Assembly: GCA_047967505.1 (NCBI GenBank) | Contig: CM106538.1 | From: Dipteris shenzhenensis | Taxonomy: Eukaryota | Length of the DNA: 64,000 bases | Strand: one strand, 5' to 3' | In this document: positions 13,371 through 27,623 of the stretch, piece after piece | Numbering within the stretch: the stretch's first letter is position 1 | Layout of the letters: each line of letters starts with the position of its first letter | The notes under the pieces: model-generated | Seen by the model: the letters and a program-made list of their open reading frames with translations, nothing else | Database searches by the model: none | Told to the model about the DNA's origin: nothing | Translations under genes and position numbers: made by a program

Positions 13371-15922
13371 GAGACTAGTGAAGATTAGCAAGGACGAGGA
13401 TTTGAAATTTTACGAGACTTTTGGCAACGCTACTCTCAATGAGGGAACGAGTGTAGCAACTCTTGCAGAACAAGTTTTGTGGAGGTTCGTGGATGCAATA
13501 GCCGCAATGTATCTGTCACAACGTAATTGCAGGCATAGGTAACTTCAAAAAGGCTCGTGGGAAGGTAAGTTTGTCGTTTTAGTTTGCAGGAGAGTCGGCT
13601 GCTACTGCTAGATCAGGCGATGGAGGAGAAGGTGTTATCGTTGAAGCTGCAGGGATTTGGGGAGAAGCTGTGTGCTGTGCAGCTTGCCGCTCATAACTAC
13701 GGATCCACAGACTTGCACGAAGCTTATGGCTACTGCCATACATAGATTCACGAGGAGCTTCAAACACTGTAGATTTGACAGGAAGCTTTAATTGCCATAG
13801 CCAGAACTTCGAAGAACAATTTCGCAAGGGTGCGGCCTGTACCTATAAAGAGGCAAAGCATAGAGACAACAAGACAAAGGCAAAATCCAAACAACTCAAC
13901 GCCAAGGAAAAAATGTGTCCCAAATTGCTTACGAAGAAAAGCAAGTCGCGGTAGTTGATTCGTTGTCGACGCACAGAGTAATGGAAGAAATAACCACAGA
14001 TGCCACGCAATCAAAGGATCCTTAAACCTTTGAAAAAAACCACCTCATCACTGCTCTTTATACTCCTCTCCAATCCAAAAGTCTTAAAGCCTCTTCTTTT
14101 CCCCCTCTTGCTAAAGGGTATCTTCCAAGGTACCTCAAATCATTTTAGCCTTTCCAAATTTAAAGACGAGGATCGAAGATCAAGTCGAGAAGTTTGAGAA
14201 TGGGATTGAAGAATTATAACTTGTGTGGCACAATGAGAGCGGGTTTGAATACAAAAGACAAATCCAAGGCCTCGAACAAATATCAAGGAAGTGGGCATTG
14301 CATATTTCTCTCTATTATAAAGCTTTTTGCTTTAGATCTTCTAGAAAAATTTTACATTTGAAATGGCAACTCCAGAAAAGGATGAAATGGTTAGGGAGAG
14401 CGAGGAAAGGGTTGACACTAGTGGAGAGGTCCACCTCTCGACTTAGAGAAACCTCTAACATTCTTAAGAACTTGAAACCGCCAATTTTCAATGGGGAAGA
14501 AAAGGAGCATAATAAAGATGTGATTAATACATTGATAAGGAACAAAAAGTAAAGACAACCATGAATTATGTACTTCACCACGTCAGATAGCTGTGACTTC
14601 ATAGGGATCAGCTGCAATCTGGGCTCGTAGATGATGAGCTTATGAACCAGGTTCCAGAGAAGGTGTCTTTGTATTAGGCACTGAGACAAAACCCCCACAA
14701 AAACTGACTGAACATGGATCACACAGACTTAGAGAGAGCCAAAAGACTACACAGCCCGAAACAGATAAACTTAGAACTGAACTGAACTTTCCCCCAAAAC
14801 TCACAAAACAGTCAGCCTCAAAATACTATAAACCCACAGACCACACTCCTAAGCTTCCATCAAGGACAACAGCTTATAACTCCCACAAAGCTGCAACAGC
14901 GCCACCTCCTCTCCTTCTCTATCACTACCCAGCTCGCTTAGGACAACCATCATCGATGAAAGGTCACGTTCCATTGCGCCTTAGCCTGCAATTCCTTGGT
15001 CCCTCTATCTCTTTGCATACGGAGTTCATGGAGTCGCTGTTGCCCAAAGTCCTTCAGCTAGCAGAAAACGATACACAGCTATGCCTCAAGCTGTCCTAAT
15101 CCATGAATCATCACCAACCATGCACCAGCCCGATGGAAGACACTTCCAGCAATAGCCCTGCTATCTTCATTTCTCACGGAGAGCTTAGCTCACATGTATA
15201 GCGTCACCTGCACAGCCAGGTAGCTTCCTCAATCAGAAAGAAAAAGAGCCTTTCCATATGATCTCAGCTAGACCACGCATTCTCTGCATCAGCTCACGTG
15301 CAAACAACGACTGCCCTGCCTGTGTGGTAGCCATGCTCAGCCAACTACAAACAGCTCGCTATTTCTGGACATCTCCAGCGCCAAGGTCTTCTCAGCGCAC
15401 ACAAGCTCACAAATTCCCTTACGTGAAGACAATCAACAGTGTCCGCAATAGCCCTTCTCTCCCATTCGATCTAAATTCACCACGTAGCTGTAGCAACAGA
15501 GCACCCCGAGTTTATCCTTTCCAAACTTGGAGTCCCTTTGTGCCAAGCATGCAGTCGGAAATCCCCATCCCATCATGTACATAGGCCTTTTTTTGATGGG
15601 CGCTTAGTCTCTCGCTTTCATCTACGAGACTCCTAGTTACGTGCATCGCTTCCTCTGTTCTTCAAACACCCTTGCTCTGAAGTATGGTACAACCACATTG
15701 CATTTCATCATTTTCCATGAAGTCCCTGCAAAACATACTTTATTGTCTCAAAAAACTATACATTAGTCCATCATGCTTGTGAAAGAAAATCCACAAATGC
15801 CAAAAGCCCACACCTACCCTAGATGTGTACAACTATGTGCCTACCTACAGCTATATACAGTGCTCAAAAACTTGATACAGGTTTTGTCCTATCATTTTGC
15901 CCATCCCCAAGTTTGCAGACAT

Positions 15923-18900
15923 TCATGTCTTGCAGATAGGGGTATATAAGATTTGCATTTCTTCAGAGATATCCTCATCCATGAGGTCTTTCGGCTTGTC
16001 TGGTTTCATCACAGTAGGTCCACAACTGCCTATACTCATGATCCTATGAAAGTATTTCTTTAGTCTGAAGCCATTGACTCTATTCTTATGCTGCTGACCA
16101 TCCAAATCCTCAAGTTGATATGAGCCATTTTTGAATTTCTTCGTCACACGAAAAGGTCCATCCCATTTGGTCACAAATTTCTTCTTGAAGGTAGAATCCA
16201 AACTAGTGTTGTATCTCAAAACTAGATCACCCTCCTCGATTTTCTGATCCCTGAAATTCTTGTTTGCTCTCTTCTGATTCTCCTCTTGAATTAAAGCATA
16301 ATGTTCCACCGCCTTTTGTCTGTCTAGTTGTGCTTCCTGCAAATCCAATAACCGGTTCTGGAGAGTAGAATTTGAATCCTCGGTTATCTTCATTAACATC
16401 TGTAATGCAGGAATTTCTACTTCCAAGGGTAATAGAGCTTCTTTCCCGTAAACAAGATGAAATGGTGACAATTGGGTGCCTTCTTTTACTGCAACTCCGT
16501 GAGCCCATAAAGCCCAGTGCAAAGCAAGGTCTCACTCCTTCTCATGTGTTCTCATGATCTTTCCCATGATATTAGTACGCACACCATTAAATTTTTCATT
16601 CATCCCATTACATTGAGGATAATAGGGACTTGCATATCTGTGTTTAATCTTCAGCTTTCCACATAATAAATCCATTAGTTCACTCCTGAAGCCTGGACCT
16701 CTATCAGAAAGCAACTCCAGTGGCACACCAAATCTATAGCAGATATCCTCATACACAAATTTTCGCATTGACAGCCCATACTGCTCGTGCTTCAGCCCAT
16801 CTCGTCAAATAATTTATAGCTGTCAGCACATACTAATTTCCCTGGGTTGTCGTGGGTAGAGGACCGATGGCATCTATTCCCCATTTCTCAAAAATATTAT
16901 AAGCAAGCATGATATTTCTGAGTTCTGGATGTAAGATTCTCTTACTCATCTGCTGATACTGTAGGCATGACCTGCACCAATGTCTTATGTCTCTCTGGAG
17001 GGATGGCCACACATACCCTTCTGTAAGTATTTTCCTTAGCATGATTTTGAAAGCAAAATGTCCTCCACATACTCCCTCATGATTAGCTTGTAAAATATGA
17101 AAAACTTCCTCATGCCAGGGAATTCTTATGAGCGCCAGATCAGCCTCTTTCATGTAAAGAACATCATCTATCAGACAATAAGAAGTACAGCTTTTAATAA
17201 ATCTGTATTTTCTTTGTTTTGGAACTTCTTCAGGCACTTTACCAGTTAACAGGAAGCTTTCCTCACAAGCCAATGTCTCCCTTCCTTTGTATAAGGGCTC
17301 CTGCACTCCTACTGCATCAACATAAGCTGCTGTAATTTCCTGCGCAGCATCATGTGCATTTACATTCTTACCCCTTTCAATATGCTGGAGTGTCCAGGCA
17401 TCCAATTGATTTAACAGTTTCTTCACCGCGCTTATCCATCTCTTCAAATGAACATGCTTAACCTTCCACACACCTAAAATTTGCTTCATAACCAACAGAG
17501 CATCTCCCTTAATCATGAGTCTCTTAATACCCAGACTAATGCATACTTTCACACCTTCGAAGAGGGCTGCATATTCAGCTTCATTATTACTGCTGGCTTC
17601 GAGCTGAATTCCCATTTTCCGAATCTCCTTTCCTCCAGGATCATAAATGACAATTCCTCCTGTACTTTTATTTAAACTTTTTTTGTTAGATCCATCAAAG
17701 TGTAAAACAAATGCATCCTCTAGTACTTTTTCTTCATTCATGTCAGTGTTCTTCTCCACATCTTCAACTAAAATAGGTCCTTCCTTATAGGTGAGGAGAT
17801 CAGCCAAGGAAGCTCTGGTAGAGTTCTCAACCAAGAAGGTAAAAGAGTACTCCTATAACTCTACTATCCATTTAATCATGCTCCTGGAGATGTCTGTACT
17901 ATTCAACATATGAGGTAGTAGTGAACATGAGGTGAGAACCACAAAAGGCCTTGACAATAGATAAGACCAAAATCTCCTACATGCATACAAGAGGCTAGCC
18001 AGGACCAATTCAGCTGCTGAATACTTCCTCTCTACTTCACTCTTCACCCTGCTGGCATAATAGATTGGCCTCATATATTTGGAACCCCCTTCCTTTGTAT
18101 AAGGGCTCCTGCACTCCTACTGCATCAACATAAGCTGCTGTAATTTCCTGCGCAGCATCATGTGCATTTACATTCTTACCCCTTTCAATATGCTGGAGTG
18201 TCCAGGCATCCAATTGATTTAACAGTTTCTTCACCGCGCTTATCCATCTCTTCAAATGAACATGCTTAACCTTCCACACACCTAAAATTTGCTTCATAAC
18301 CAACAGAGCATCTCCCTTAATCATGAGTCTCTTAATACCCAGACTAATGCATACTTTCACACCTTCGAAGAGGGCTGCATATTCAGCTTCATTATTACTG
18401 CTGGCTTCGAGCTGAATTCCCATTTTCCGAATCTCCTTTCCTCCAGGATCATAAATGACAATTCCTCCTGTACTTTTATTTAAACTTTTTTTGTTAGATC
18501 CATCAAAGTGTAAAACAAATGCATCCTCTAGTACTTTTTCTTCATTCATGTCAGTGTTCTTCTCCACATCTTCAACTAAAATAGGTCCTTCCTTATAGGT
18601 GAGGAGATCAGCCAAGGAAGCTCTGGTAGAGTTCTCAACCAAGAAGGTAAAAGAGTACTCCTATAACTCTACTATCCATTTAATCATGCTCCTGGAGATG
18701 TCTGTACTATTCAACATATGAGGTAGTAGTGAACATGAGGTGAGAACCACAAAAGGCCTTGACAATAGATAAGACCAAAATCTCCTACATGCATACAAGA
18801 GGCTAGCCAGGACCAATTCAGCTGCTGAATACTTCCTCTCTACTTCACTCTTCACCCTGCTGGCATAATAGATTGGCCTCATATATTTGGAACCCTCTCC
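15923..18900 (-). pseudogene. pol remnant: RT-linked RNase H, second (RNase HI-like) RNase H, integrase
   Basis: PIYYASR...ELVLASL; LHFDGS...NNEAEY...IKGDALL...KNVNAH; HEGVCGGH, WGIDAIGP, LSDRG, GMNEKFN, KWDGPF. Confidence 0.9.
17279..18894. repeat. 808-bp tandem duplication (17279-18086 and 18087-18894)
   Basis: Identical ORF translations offset by 808 bp; CCC microhomology at the junction. Confidence 0.92.
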
Positions 18901-20522
18901 CTGCTGCAAAAGAGACAGCCTTTCCATATGATCTCAGCTAGACCACGCATTCTTTGCATCAGCTCACGTGCAAACGACGATCGTCCTGCTTGTGTGGTAG
19001 CCATGCTCAGCCAACTACAAACAGCTCGCTATTTATGGAGACCTCTAGCACCAAGGTCTTCTCAGTGCACACAAGCTCACAAATTCCCTTACGTGAAGAC
19101 AATCAACAGTGTCCGCAATAGCCCTTCTCTCCCATTCGATCTAAATTCACCACGTAGCTGTAGCAACGGAGCACCCCGAGATTATCCTTTCCAAACTTGG
19201 AGTCCCTTTGTGCCAAGCATGCAGTTGGAAATCCCCATCCCATCATGTACATAGGCGTTTTTTTGATGAGCACTTGGTCTCTCGCTTTCATCTACGAGAC
19301 TCCTAGTTACGTGCTTCGCTTCCTCTTTTCTTCAGAAATTCTAGATTTCTCTACACGTGATCGATCGCAATCCATACACGCTCTACATTCCTTGCTACGT
19401 AGCCACCTTTGCATGAGCAGGATGCCTTCCCAATCAGTCCAGCCACCTCAGCCTAATTTGCCACCTCATCAGTGACATTTTACCACTCCCATTTAGAAAA
19501 TGCAAATATCTCCCCAAGGCACATTAAATGCACATTTTGGACCTTTAGTCACACAATTCCCACACACATTAGCATGCACATTAAAGCTTGCATGCACCCC
19601 CGTACACACACATGAAAAGCCCCTTGACATAGGCACCAAAACATATCAAATTTCCGTAGCATGCAAGTGCACATTGACTTAGAAAAATAAAATAAAGAAA
19701 CCCTTCATGACTTGATTTACATGACCCCAAAAACATTTCACTTGACCACACATTGGACACCCTTGCTCTGGAAGTCTGGTACAACCACATTGCATTTCAT
19801 CATTTCCCATGAAGTCCCTGCAAAACATACTTTATTGTCTCAAAAAATTATACATTAGTCCATCATGCTTGTGAAAGAAAATCCACAAATGCCAAAAGCC
19901 CACAGCTACCCTAGATGTGTACAACTATGTGCCTACCTGCAACTATATACAGTGCTCAAAAACTTGATACATGTTTTGTCCTATCAACGTTCTTGCAAAA
20001 ATGGCAAGACGTCCATCGACTCAGGAATACCCCTCCTGAAAATCAAGTCATGGAGTAAGTCTTTCCCTTGGAAACAAGGCCTATAAATGAATTAGAAAGG
20101 GCATGGGAGACTGACTCCTATGGAAAAATCACTGACGACTCCTTATCAAGTTGAGAGGTCTACCTCTTGACTTAGAGAAACCTTTAACATTCTTAAGGAC
20201 TAGAAACCGCCAATTTTCAATAGGGAAGCAAAGGAGCGTAATAAAGATGCGATTAATACGTTCTTGCAAAAATGGCAATACTTCCATCGACTCAGGAATA
20301 CCCCTCTTGAAATCAAGTCGTGGAGCAAGTCTTTCCCTTGGAAACAAGGCCTATAAATGGTGGATGAGCCTCAGAGAAAATGATAGAATTCCTAGGTATT
20401 GGGGTTGAGTTTGAACAAGTCTTCTTAAAAGATTTTTTATCAAAAAATTAATTAGAAGGAGCATTGGAGGCTTGGGACAATTGCACTATGGGTAAAAATA
20501 CTCTAGTCTAGTATATGGCGAA

Positions 20523-20760
20523 TTATAGGGAGGCAATTCTCAAGCTGAAAGGAATTGATGAATTCCAAAAGATAAGGGGTTTTGTGAGAGGTCTCAAAGA
20601 TACTTATAAGGTTGAGGTGAAAAGAAAATCTCCCAAAACCTTTGAGGAAGCAATTCAGCTGAAAGGAATTGATGAATTCCAAAAGATAAGGGGTTTCATC
20701 AGAGGTCTCAAAGACACTTATAAGGTCGAGGTGAAAAGAAATTCTCCCAAAACCTTTGAT
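20523..20760 (+). repeat. About 120-bp tandem duplication in the gag relic
   Basis: LKGIDEFQKIRGF...YKVEVKRxSPKTF occurs twice in ORF 20515..20790. Confidence 0.8.
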
Positions 20761-23471
20761 CAGACGGAGGAACATGAGGTCGAAAGATAATTAACTGGAT
20801 ACCTTAGTAAGGGCCAAATTCAACGAAGTAGCTCACCTTGGTTTGCACACCAGTTTTACCGGTAAAGAAAAAGGATGGTACTATGCATTTATGCATAGAT
20901 TACCGAGTACTAAATAAAATCACCATAAAAAATTAAGTATATTATGCCTCACATTGATAAGCTCTTTGATCAATTGCAAGAAGTAAAATATTTTACTAAG
21001 ATTGATTTAAGGTCAGAATATCACCAAGTACAAATTAGGGAAGAGGATGTCCTTAAGACATCATTTCGTACTAGGTACGGGCATTATCAATTTAAAGTAA
21101 TGACATTCATATTAATAAATGCTTCATCAACTTCCATGACACTTATGAATAGTGTCTTAAGGCCATATTTGGGATCATTTATAGATGGTATCCTTATATA
21201 TAGTAAAACTAGAGAAAAGCATTTGGAATATTTGCGAAAAGTGTTCCAGCTGCTTAGAGATAATTCACTCTTTGCTAAAGAATCCAATTTGAATTCTTTG
21301 CAAAAGAAGTGAAGCACTTGGGACATATAATATCCCAAGAAGGGATTTGTATGGACCTTGAAAAAGTAAGGGCTACATTGGAATGGCCACATCCTACAAA
21401 CCTAGAAGAATTAGAGATATTCTTAGGTTTGTCTAGATTCTATAAGAGATTTATTCAAGATTCCTATAGATTCATCCAAGATTATGCTAAGATTGTTGTT
21501 TTGATGATGGATCGGCTTAAGAGGAAGGGAAGCATCTTCATATGGGATGAATCTCAAAAGAGAAATTTTAAAAAATTAAAAGTAGCTATAGCAATAGCTC
21601 CTATCTTAAAGGTAGTGGATCCCAATGAACCATTCGTGGTTGAGACAGATGTCAATGATTTTGTTGTTGGGAGAGTACTTTTATAACAAGATCGACCAGT
21701 GGCTTTTGAAAGCAAAATGCTAGATCATGCCCTATGGAATTACTCAGCATATGAGAAGGAATTGTATGCTATAGTTTATGCTTTGAAGAAGTGGAGGCAC
21801 TATTTATATGGTGCAAAATTCGACATCATTTTTGATCAAGAGAGCATTAAGTGGGTTTGCAATCAGCTAGAGCTTAAAGGTCGAAAAGCTAGATGGGTTG
21901 AATTACTCAATTTTAAAATGATCTCCTAGAGTCCTTATAGGGGAAATGTGAGTTTGATCCTCATGTCTCTGAAATATGGAAAGCAATTAGAAATAGGGAT
22001 CCAACTAATTGAGAGGCTTTCACTGAGCAATCGCTCGCATGGAAATGGCGACACACCATAGGTTGGTGATAAAGGACTCAAGTGGAAAAATATACTATTG
22101 AGGATGGCTACCTGCTCTACAAGGGTGGAGTATGTGATATCAGGCGCCAAATTCTTTTTGAATGTCATGATAGTCCGAGTGCTAGACACCCGGGAATTTA
22201 GAAGACGTATGCGCTTTTGAAAAGGCAATTCTTTTGATCTGGAATAAGTAAGGACGTCCAAGACTATGTATTGAAGTGAAAAAAATGCCAGGTCAATAAG
22301 GCTGAAGGCCTTAAAGTAGGAGGTCTCCTACACCCATTGGAGATTGTATGTGGCAAATGGGAAAGCATCTCCATGGATTTTATTGTGGGATTACCTAGGT
22401 CACAGAGGGGCCACAACTCTGTGTGGGTAATTGTTGATCGGTTGACCAAGATGGCTCATGTTATTCCTGTCAATGAAGATGCTAAAACTCTAGAATTAGC
22501 TAGGCTGTTTGTGGAGCATATTTATAGATTGTATGGGCTACTAGCTGGTATTGTTAGTGAACGGGATAGGAAATTTAATAGCCATTTTTGGAGGGCTTGG
22601 TTGAATTCCTTGTTCGAATTCCCTCACATTTGCTATTGTGCTTGCACAATGCATAACCATCTGAGACAATCAAGTTTGCATGTGCTTCGCTGACATTGCG
22701 CTTGCATAGCGTGAGACTAAGCGCCTGCATCTAGCATCTACAATTCATTTTTGCAATTGCTATCTCACTTCATTTGCTATGTGAATTCAATCGATCGACA
22801 ATGGTATCCCTTTATCACAGCTTTCAATTGTTATTCTCTATTCCTCTATTGCAATCTGCATTTTGTATCTTTTTTTGTTCTTAAACAGGTTGCAGGCAGC
22901 TTGCAATGGCGTTCAAGACAAGCTCACAATTGGAGTTTGTTCTGTAGAAGCGATTTTTCATTTTGGCTGTTGCAAATTTGCATAACAATTTAGTGCACAT
23001 CGTGTAGAGTGAACTGGATATTTGGGCTTTTGAAAACCTGCAGGGCAATCTAGTACAGATTGTGCAGATTTTGCAAACCATGCAGATTGTGCATATTTAT
23101 ATGGTGAAGTTGAATTTTTCAAGGGAATTGCTTTGTAGGTCTTAACTGATTACACTTTATTGCAAGGTAAAACAACATTTAAATGATAATCAGGTTCAGA
23201 ATTCCTGGGATATTTCTCTTGTATATCCTACATAAATAGGCTTCTTGTTGTTGTGATTTATGATAGAACAGGCTTAGTATGGGAACATGCAGATCTTAAC
23301 CTATGATGAGTTTAGGACAGGAGGAGATTCAAGAAGAAATCAAGTTTTGATTCAATCAATGATAGGAGTACATTAAGCCGGTGTCTAGAGGAGCGAGAAC
23401 AGTGGCATAGAATATCAAAAAGGGTGTGAAAGAATGACCTCTTAATGCCTTGGCTGGATCTGCCTCCCTCT

Positions 23472-26060
23472 CCTTTTTTGGCCCCCATGAAAATGACTTC
23501 TATTAAGTATGAACAATACCCACGAGAGAAAGATCAAGAGGAAATACAACTTGCAGTGCATGAAATACAGCTTCAAAATGTCCCAAAGAAGCTCCTCAAA
23601 AAGATCTAGAAAACAAGCAAGGTTGAGGCTGGAAATTCTATCTCAACCTTGCGGAGGACTTGGAGGAGAAGGTTGAGGTTGAAAATTCCATCTTAACCTT
23701 GCAGAGGCCTCGGAGAAGAAGGGGAAGCCTCTCCCTTCCCTAAGGAAAGTAACCCTCCTAGTAGAGGTAGCCCGGGAGGATTCCTCCATGCTCATCCAAG
23801 TGGCCATCAATGTATGCATAGTATTTGTCCAAATACTAGGCAAGGTATGAGAGGGGTGGACTTGGGAATGTGCATCTGGCTCTCCAAATTGCCACGCTGA
23901 AATGGTCGCTAGAATCTCCCAAGAGGAATCCATAGAAACATGTGCTGCTTTGAAGTCCAGAGAGCATGTGTCAAACTAATTGTCGCTGAATCGGGAAAGC
24001 CCAAGAAGAGTCATGCCTCTCATAAAATACCTGAGCACTCGAAAGGAAAAGCCAAGCAACTGATCCGTGAGTCATGAAGAAAGGGTGGTGGACAAAGGTG
24101 CTGAAGATCCTAGCAATCCCTTTCCAAATGATCTTTGCTTGTTTGCAATCCCATGAGCAACGCTGAACTGATTCCACAACAGAGTGGCAACGAGGACATG
24201 TAGAGTTTGCCCCAAACCTAGATCTCCATAGGTTAATTGCAATCCAACCATGAATAGAAAGCCAAAAGAATAGGGTGATTTTTCTATTCCTATGGGACCA
24301 CCATAATCTCTTTCAAAAAAAATTATGCGATTCTCCTGAGGAGGAGCTGTGGAGGGCCTCTAGCCTCTACAACTAATCTGAAACCTCCTAGCAGTACTTA
24401 CAGTGTAACAAAAGAAGGGAAGGCTCTTCTCTCAATGCCCTTCATCCATCCATTCCCACTCCCCTGGGTCCTTGAGAATACGAGCCATGCTCCACAGCCA
24501 ATGACCATGATAGGCTGAAAAGCAATCTCTGGTAGAACATCGTCTGAAGATCTAGACAGCCTACCTCCCACTTGGACATAAAAAACCAAGGCATCCTCAT
24601 GGCTCCCATCCAAGTGGAACTCAAAGTAGGCATATCTTCCGTCTCCATCCAATCCATTGGAGTGGTTGCATCAATCTGTTGAATCCTCTTTGCACTTCCT
24701 TTGAGACAAGTCACGACTTACTAATTGCATCTTACGGTCCTCTGGAAGCTTCTTGAAAGCTTTCTAGTATCCCACAGAAGAAGAGGGCCCCTCTCCCACT
24801 TGGATCATTGCATATAATGAAAAGTGCCTAGTGGTCTACCATGCTCATCAAGTATACTTTCATTCCACATTATAGGTTGACTATCAATCTTTCCAGAGAG
24901 GAAGGGGGAACTCTCTGGAGAGTACTCTTGAAGCTGTGTCCAAGACTTAAAAATTAATGGCAACCATAAATGGGAAGGTAGGAGAATTGAGACAGGCTGC
25001 AGTGAAAATCCATCTAGTATTGCCCAACTAGTCTCCACCCGACGAAGGAGTACAGGATTATATGCATCAAGTGAAAAAATCTTTTCATGGCTCTTGCCCA
25101 GGCATAAGTCCCCTCACAACAATCTTGCAAGCAAGGATCTACATTGCAACTCAGGATCGATAATATTAAGACCTCGGTCTCTTGAGCTGAGTGATACAGT
25201 CCCTAGAGTGGCACCAGCAAGAGCAAACAAATCAAGCTGTGGCTAGCAAAACCCGGTTAACAACCACCACCCTGGATGCAAGGAACTCCAAAAAAGGAGC
25301 TTCCTCTTCAAAACAGGAGCAAATTGTTGCAATGAGGAGATATCCATACCGACCTGGCATCCCAAGAACCTGATCGGAACACCCCTCTGAATCCAAGTGA
25401 ATTTAATGTCAGCCCCCCAATCCGGAGTGTCCTCATTAAAGAATTGGACTTGTTCCAATTAGTATGTGCACCAACTGCAGCACAAAATAAACCCAAGGCA
25501 TTCTTAAAAAAGGTGAGCGTTTGTGGCGTGGCATATTAAAAAACAGCCATATATCATCATTTGCTGACTCACTATCCAAGATCTCCTCTATGTCTCGGGC
25601 CAAGGGTAGAGAAGAAGTGTTTATCGACTCTACCTCCCATCCGAGTCCAAAACGACTCTCATGCATGAAAGGCATACTCTGCTCTCTAATCTGAAAAAAC
25701 TTGCTGTTGAGCTCTTGCTGCCAGCAAGGTGGCATTCCTGAATTCAAGCACTGTAGGCTCTTACCTTTGAAGAGCCACCAACTGCTGCAAAGACCAATCT
25801 CTCGCCGAAGAATCTCTTGTCTCCTGTAGTAGCAACTGAGTGATAAAATACAATAATATTAGAAAGGGATGTAGCCACATGCAAAGGAGAAGGCATACCA
25901 CCCTGCATATGAGAAAACCCATATCTGCAACATTGCCTCCGTGAGGTCCTCCTCTGCATAAAGGCATCTGAAATCTTGAGATTGGTAAAGCATCCTCTCA
26001 AACGAGGCTCAAAGATCATCAAGGCTAGTAACAAAGAAGGTGGAGTAGTATGAGGTAGGG
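23472..26060 (-). mobile_element. Degenerate LINE ORF2 with internal deletions
   Basis: T-run and ACTTCTATTAAG 3' motif; DSSWEILATISAW, IRFLGCQVG, KRKLLFWSS motifs. Confidence 0.85.
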
Positions 26061-26769
26061 ATGGTTTTGAGGAGCTAGCAAGAGCAACATAATTCGTGCA
26101 CCATAGTTTACCTCATACTTGAGCTTCAAAAGATGGCCTTTATTCCGCCCTTTCCCACTAGAGATCCGGAAGTGGTACTCTTAGGGTATCAAAGCTGAGT
26201 TGTGATCTCTCCATCTTCACAAATTCTTGTGAAAAATATTGGAGAGTATCACGTTCGGGGTAGCTAATCAATCTTATTGCAATAGAGGAGGCCTTTCGTG
26301 ATGACATCATTAGGAGAGGCTACCATTTTGGCAGCTAGGACCTTTATGTGGGTGTACTACTTAGAGGTGCTTTCCCCTAGCTTCAATATTCATTGAAAAG
26401 CAAAAGACAAATTAATAATCCGTCCACAATTAGAGGGATTCCTCAACATAGCTCCACGGGCTCCAAATATTTTAAGGCTTAAAAGTTAATAAAATAAATT
26501 AGTCCACTGCTTAATTATACATTAATTTACAATATTGGGCCATGACCTTTGTCAACCATTTGACACTTTGCTCAATCCAAATTATCTTCACCATCTCCAT
26601 TCCTCGTTATCCAACTTGTCATCTGTACTCAAGGCGCCAATTATGTTAGTAACAATCCATGGATGAATCATCACACCAACTAATCCCGACACAATTACGC
26701 TAACATAAAAAACACAATCACACTAGCCTAGTGTAATTTGCGCGTCAACCCTCTGTGTGAGCTGTTGGG

Positions 26770-27330
26770 TCATTGGCTCTGGATCGCAATCATGTCGAAG
26801 CCTCGTCTCGTGAGTGTCCATGTGATCTGGCAAGAACTCCTTTCATCATTCCATATGGGAAGACAAAGGACAGTAATCTGTTTCTGTGAATGGAAGAAGT
26901 GAACCCCTCGCCTCAGCCACAAGAAGATAGAGAAACAGGGCAAGTGGGCAGTTTTGGCCAATGAATCTATAAATCTGAAAATTGTCTGTTCTGCTACTTT
27001 GTGTGGGAACCTAGCTCTGAGCTGAGTGATAACGTGAGGAGAGTCCTAGGATCCCACTGCTCAGGGAAATCCATGCAACATAGGATTCCCTCAAAGAAAC
27101 ACCAGTCTACTGTGTCATATGCCTTCTGAAATTGTAGCAGAAGAACGACCAAGGGCTGATGGCTTTCCTTGCCCATTCGATTGTTGGCCAGGATGAGAAG
27201 ACATTATCGAAGATAGTTTTGCCCTGTGCAAAGCTGGTCTGAGTTTCATGTATGAGGTTGGGTAGGAGTGGCTGGGTCTGACGCTTACTGCCTTGACTAG
27301 GATTTTGTAGGCAGTGCCAAGGAGGGTGAT
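26770..27330 (-). mobile_element. LINE reverse transcriptase fragment
   Basis: LIHETQTSFAQGKTIFDN and FQKAYDTVDW motifs. Confidence 0.75.
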
Positions 27331-27546
27331 AGCCCTCCATTGGGAGATGAGGGTCCCATTTTGGGATCAGATGATCATCAAATCTCCTGAAAGGCTGAAG
27401 GGATGGTGTTCCCAATGGAGTCCCGGTGGATGATGACACACTCATAGGCAACAGTCTATTTGAACATCTCTGAATCTCTTTTTTGTATGTGGATCATCTT
27501 TTACGTTGATCCTTTCTTGTAGTGCTTCTACTCTAGTGTATGGCTC

Positions 27547-27623
27547 TTGCTGGTTGTTTCTGACAGTAACTCCAGTGCCTTCTCGTTGCTGGTTGTTTCT
27601 GACAGTAACTCCAGTGCCTTCTC
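27547..27623. repeat. 39-bp tandem duplication
   Basis: TTGCTGGTTGTTTCTGACAGTAACTCCAGTGCCTTCTC occurs twice. Confidence 0.85.

Larger units (their letters stand above)
14533..19986 (-). mobile_element. Internally deleted Tat-like Ty3/gypsy element with an additional RNase H
   Basis: TGATA...TATCA ends; LTR 14533-15894 and partial direct LTR ~18900-19986; minus-strand PPT at ~15895-15910; 4-bp TSD ACAT/ACGT; gag and RT missing. Confidence 0.88.
10841..22600 (+). mobile_element. Old fragmented Ty3/gypsy element (5' LTR 10841-11199, PBS 11201-11212; gag, RT, RNase H, integrase relics at ~13376-14532 and 19987-22600) carrying two nested insertions
   Basis: TGTTA...TAACA then TGGTATCAGAGC; KIDLRSEYHQ, VETDVNDF, AYEKELYAIV, KWESISMDFIVGLP motifs; no 3' LTR seen. 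Confidence 0.85.
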
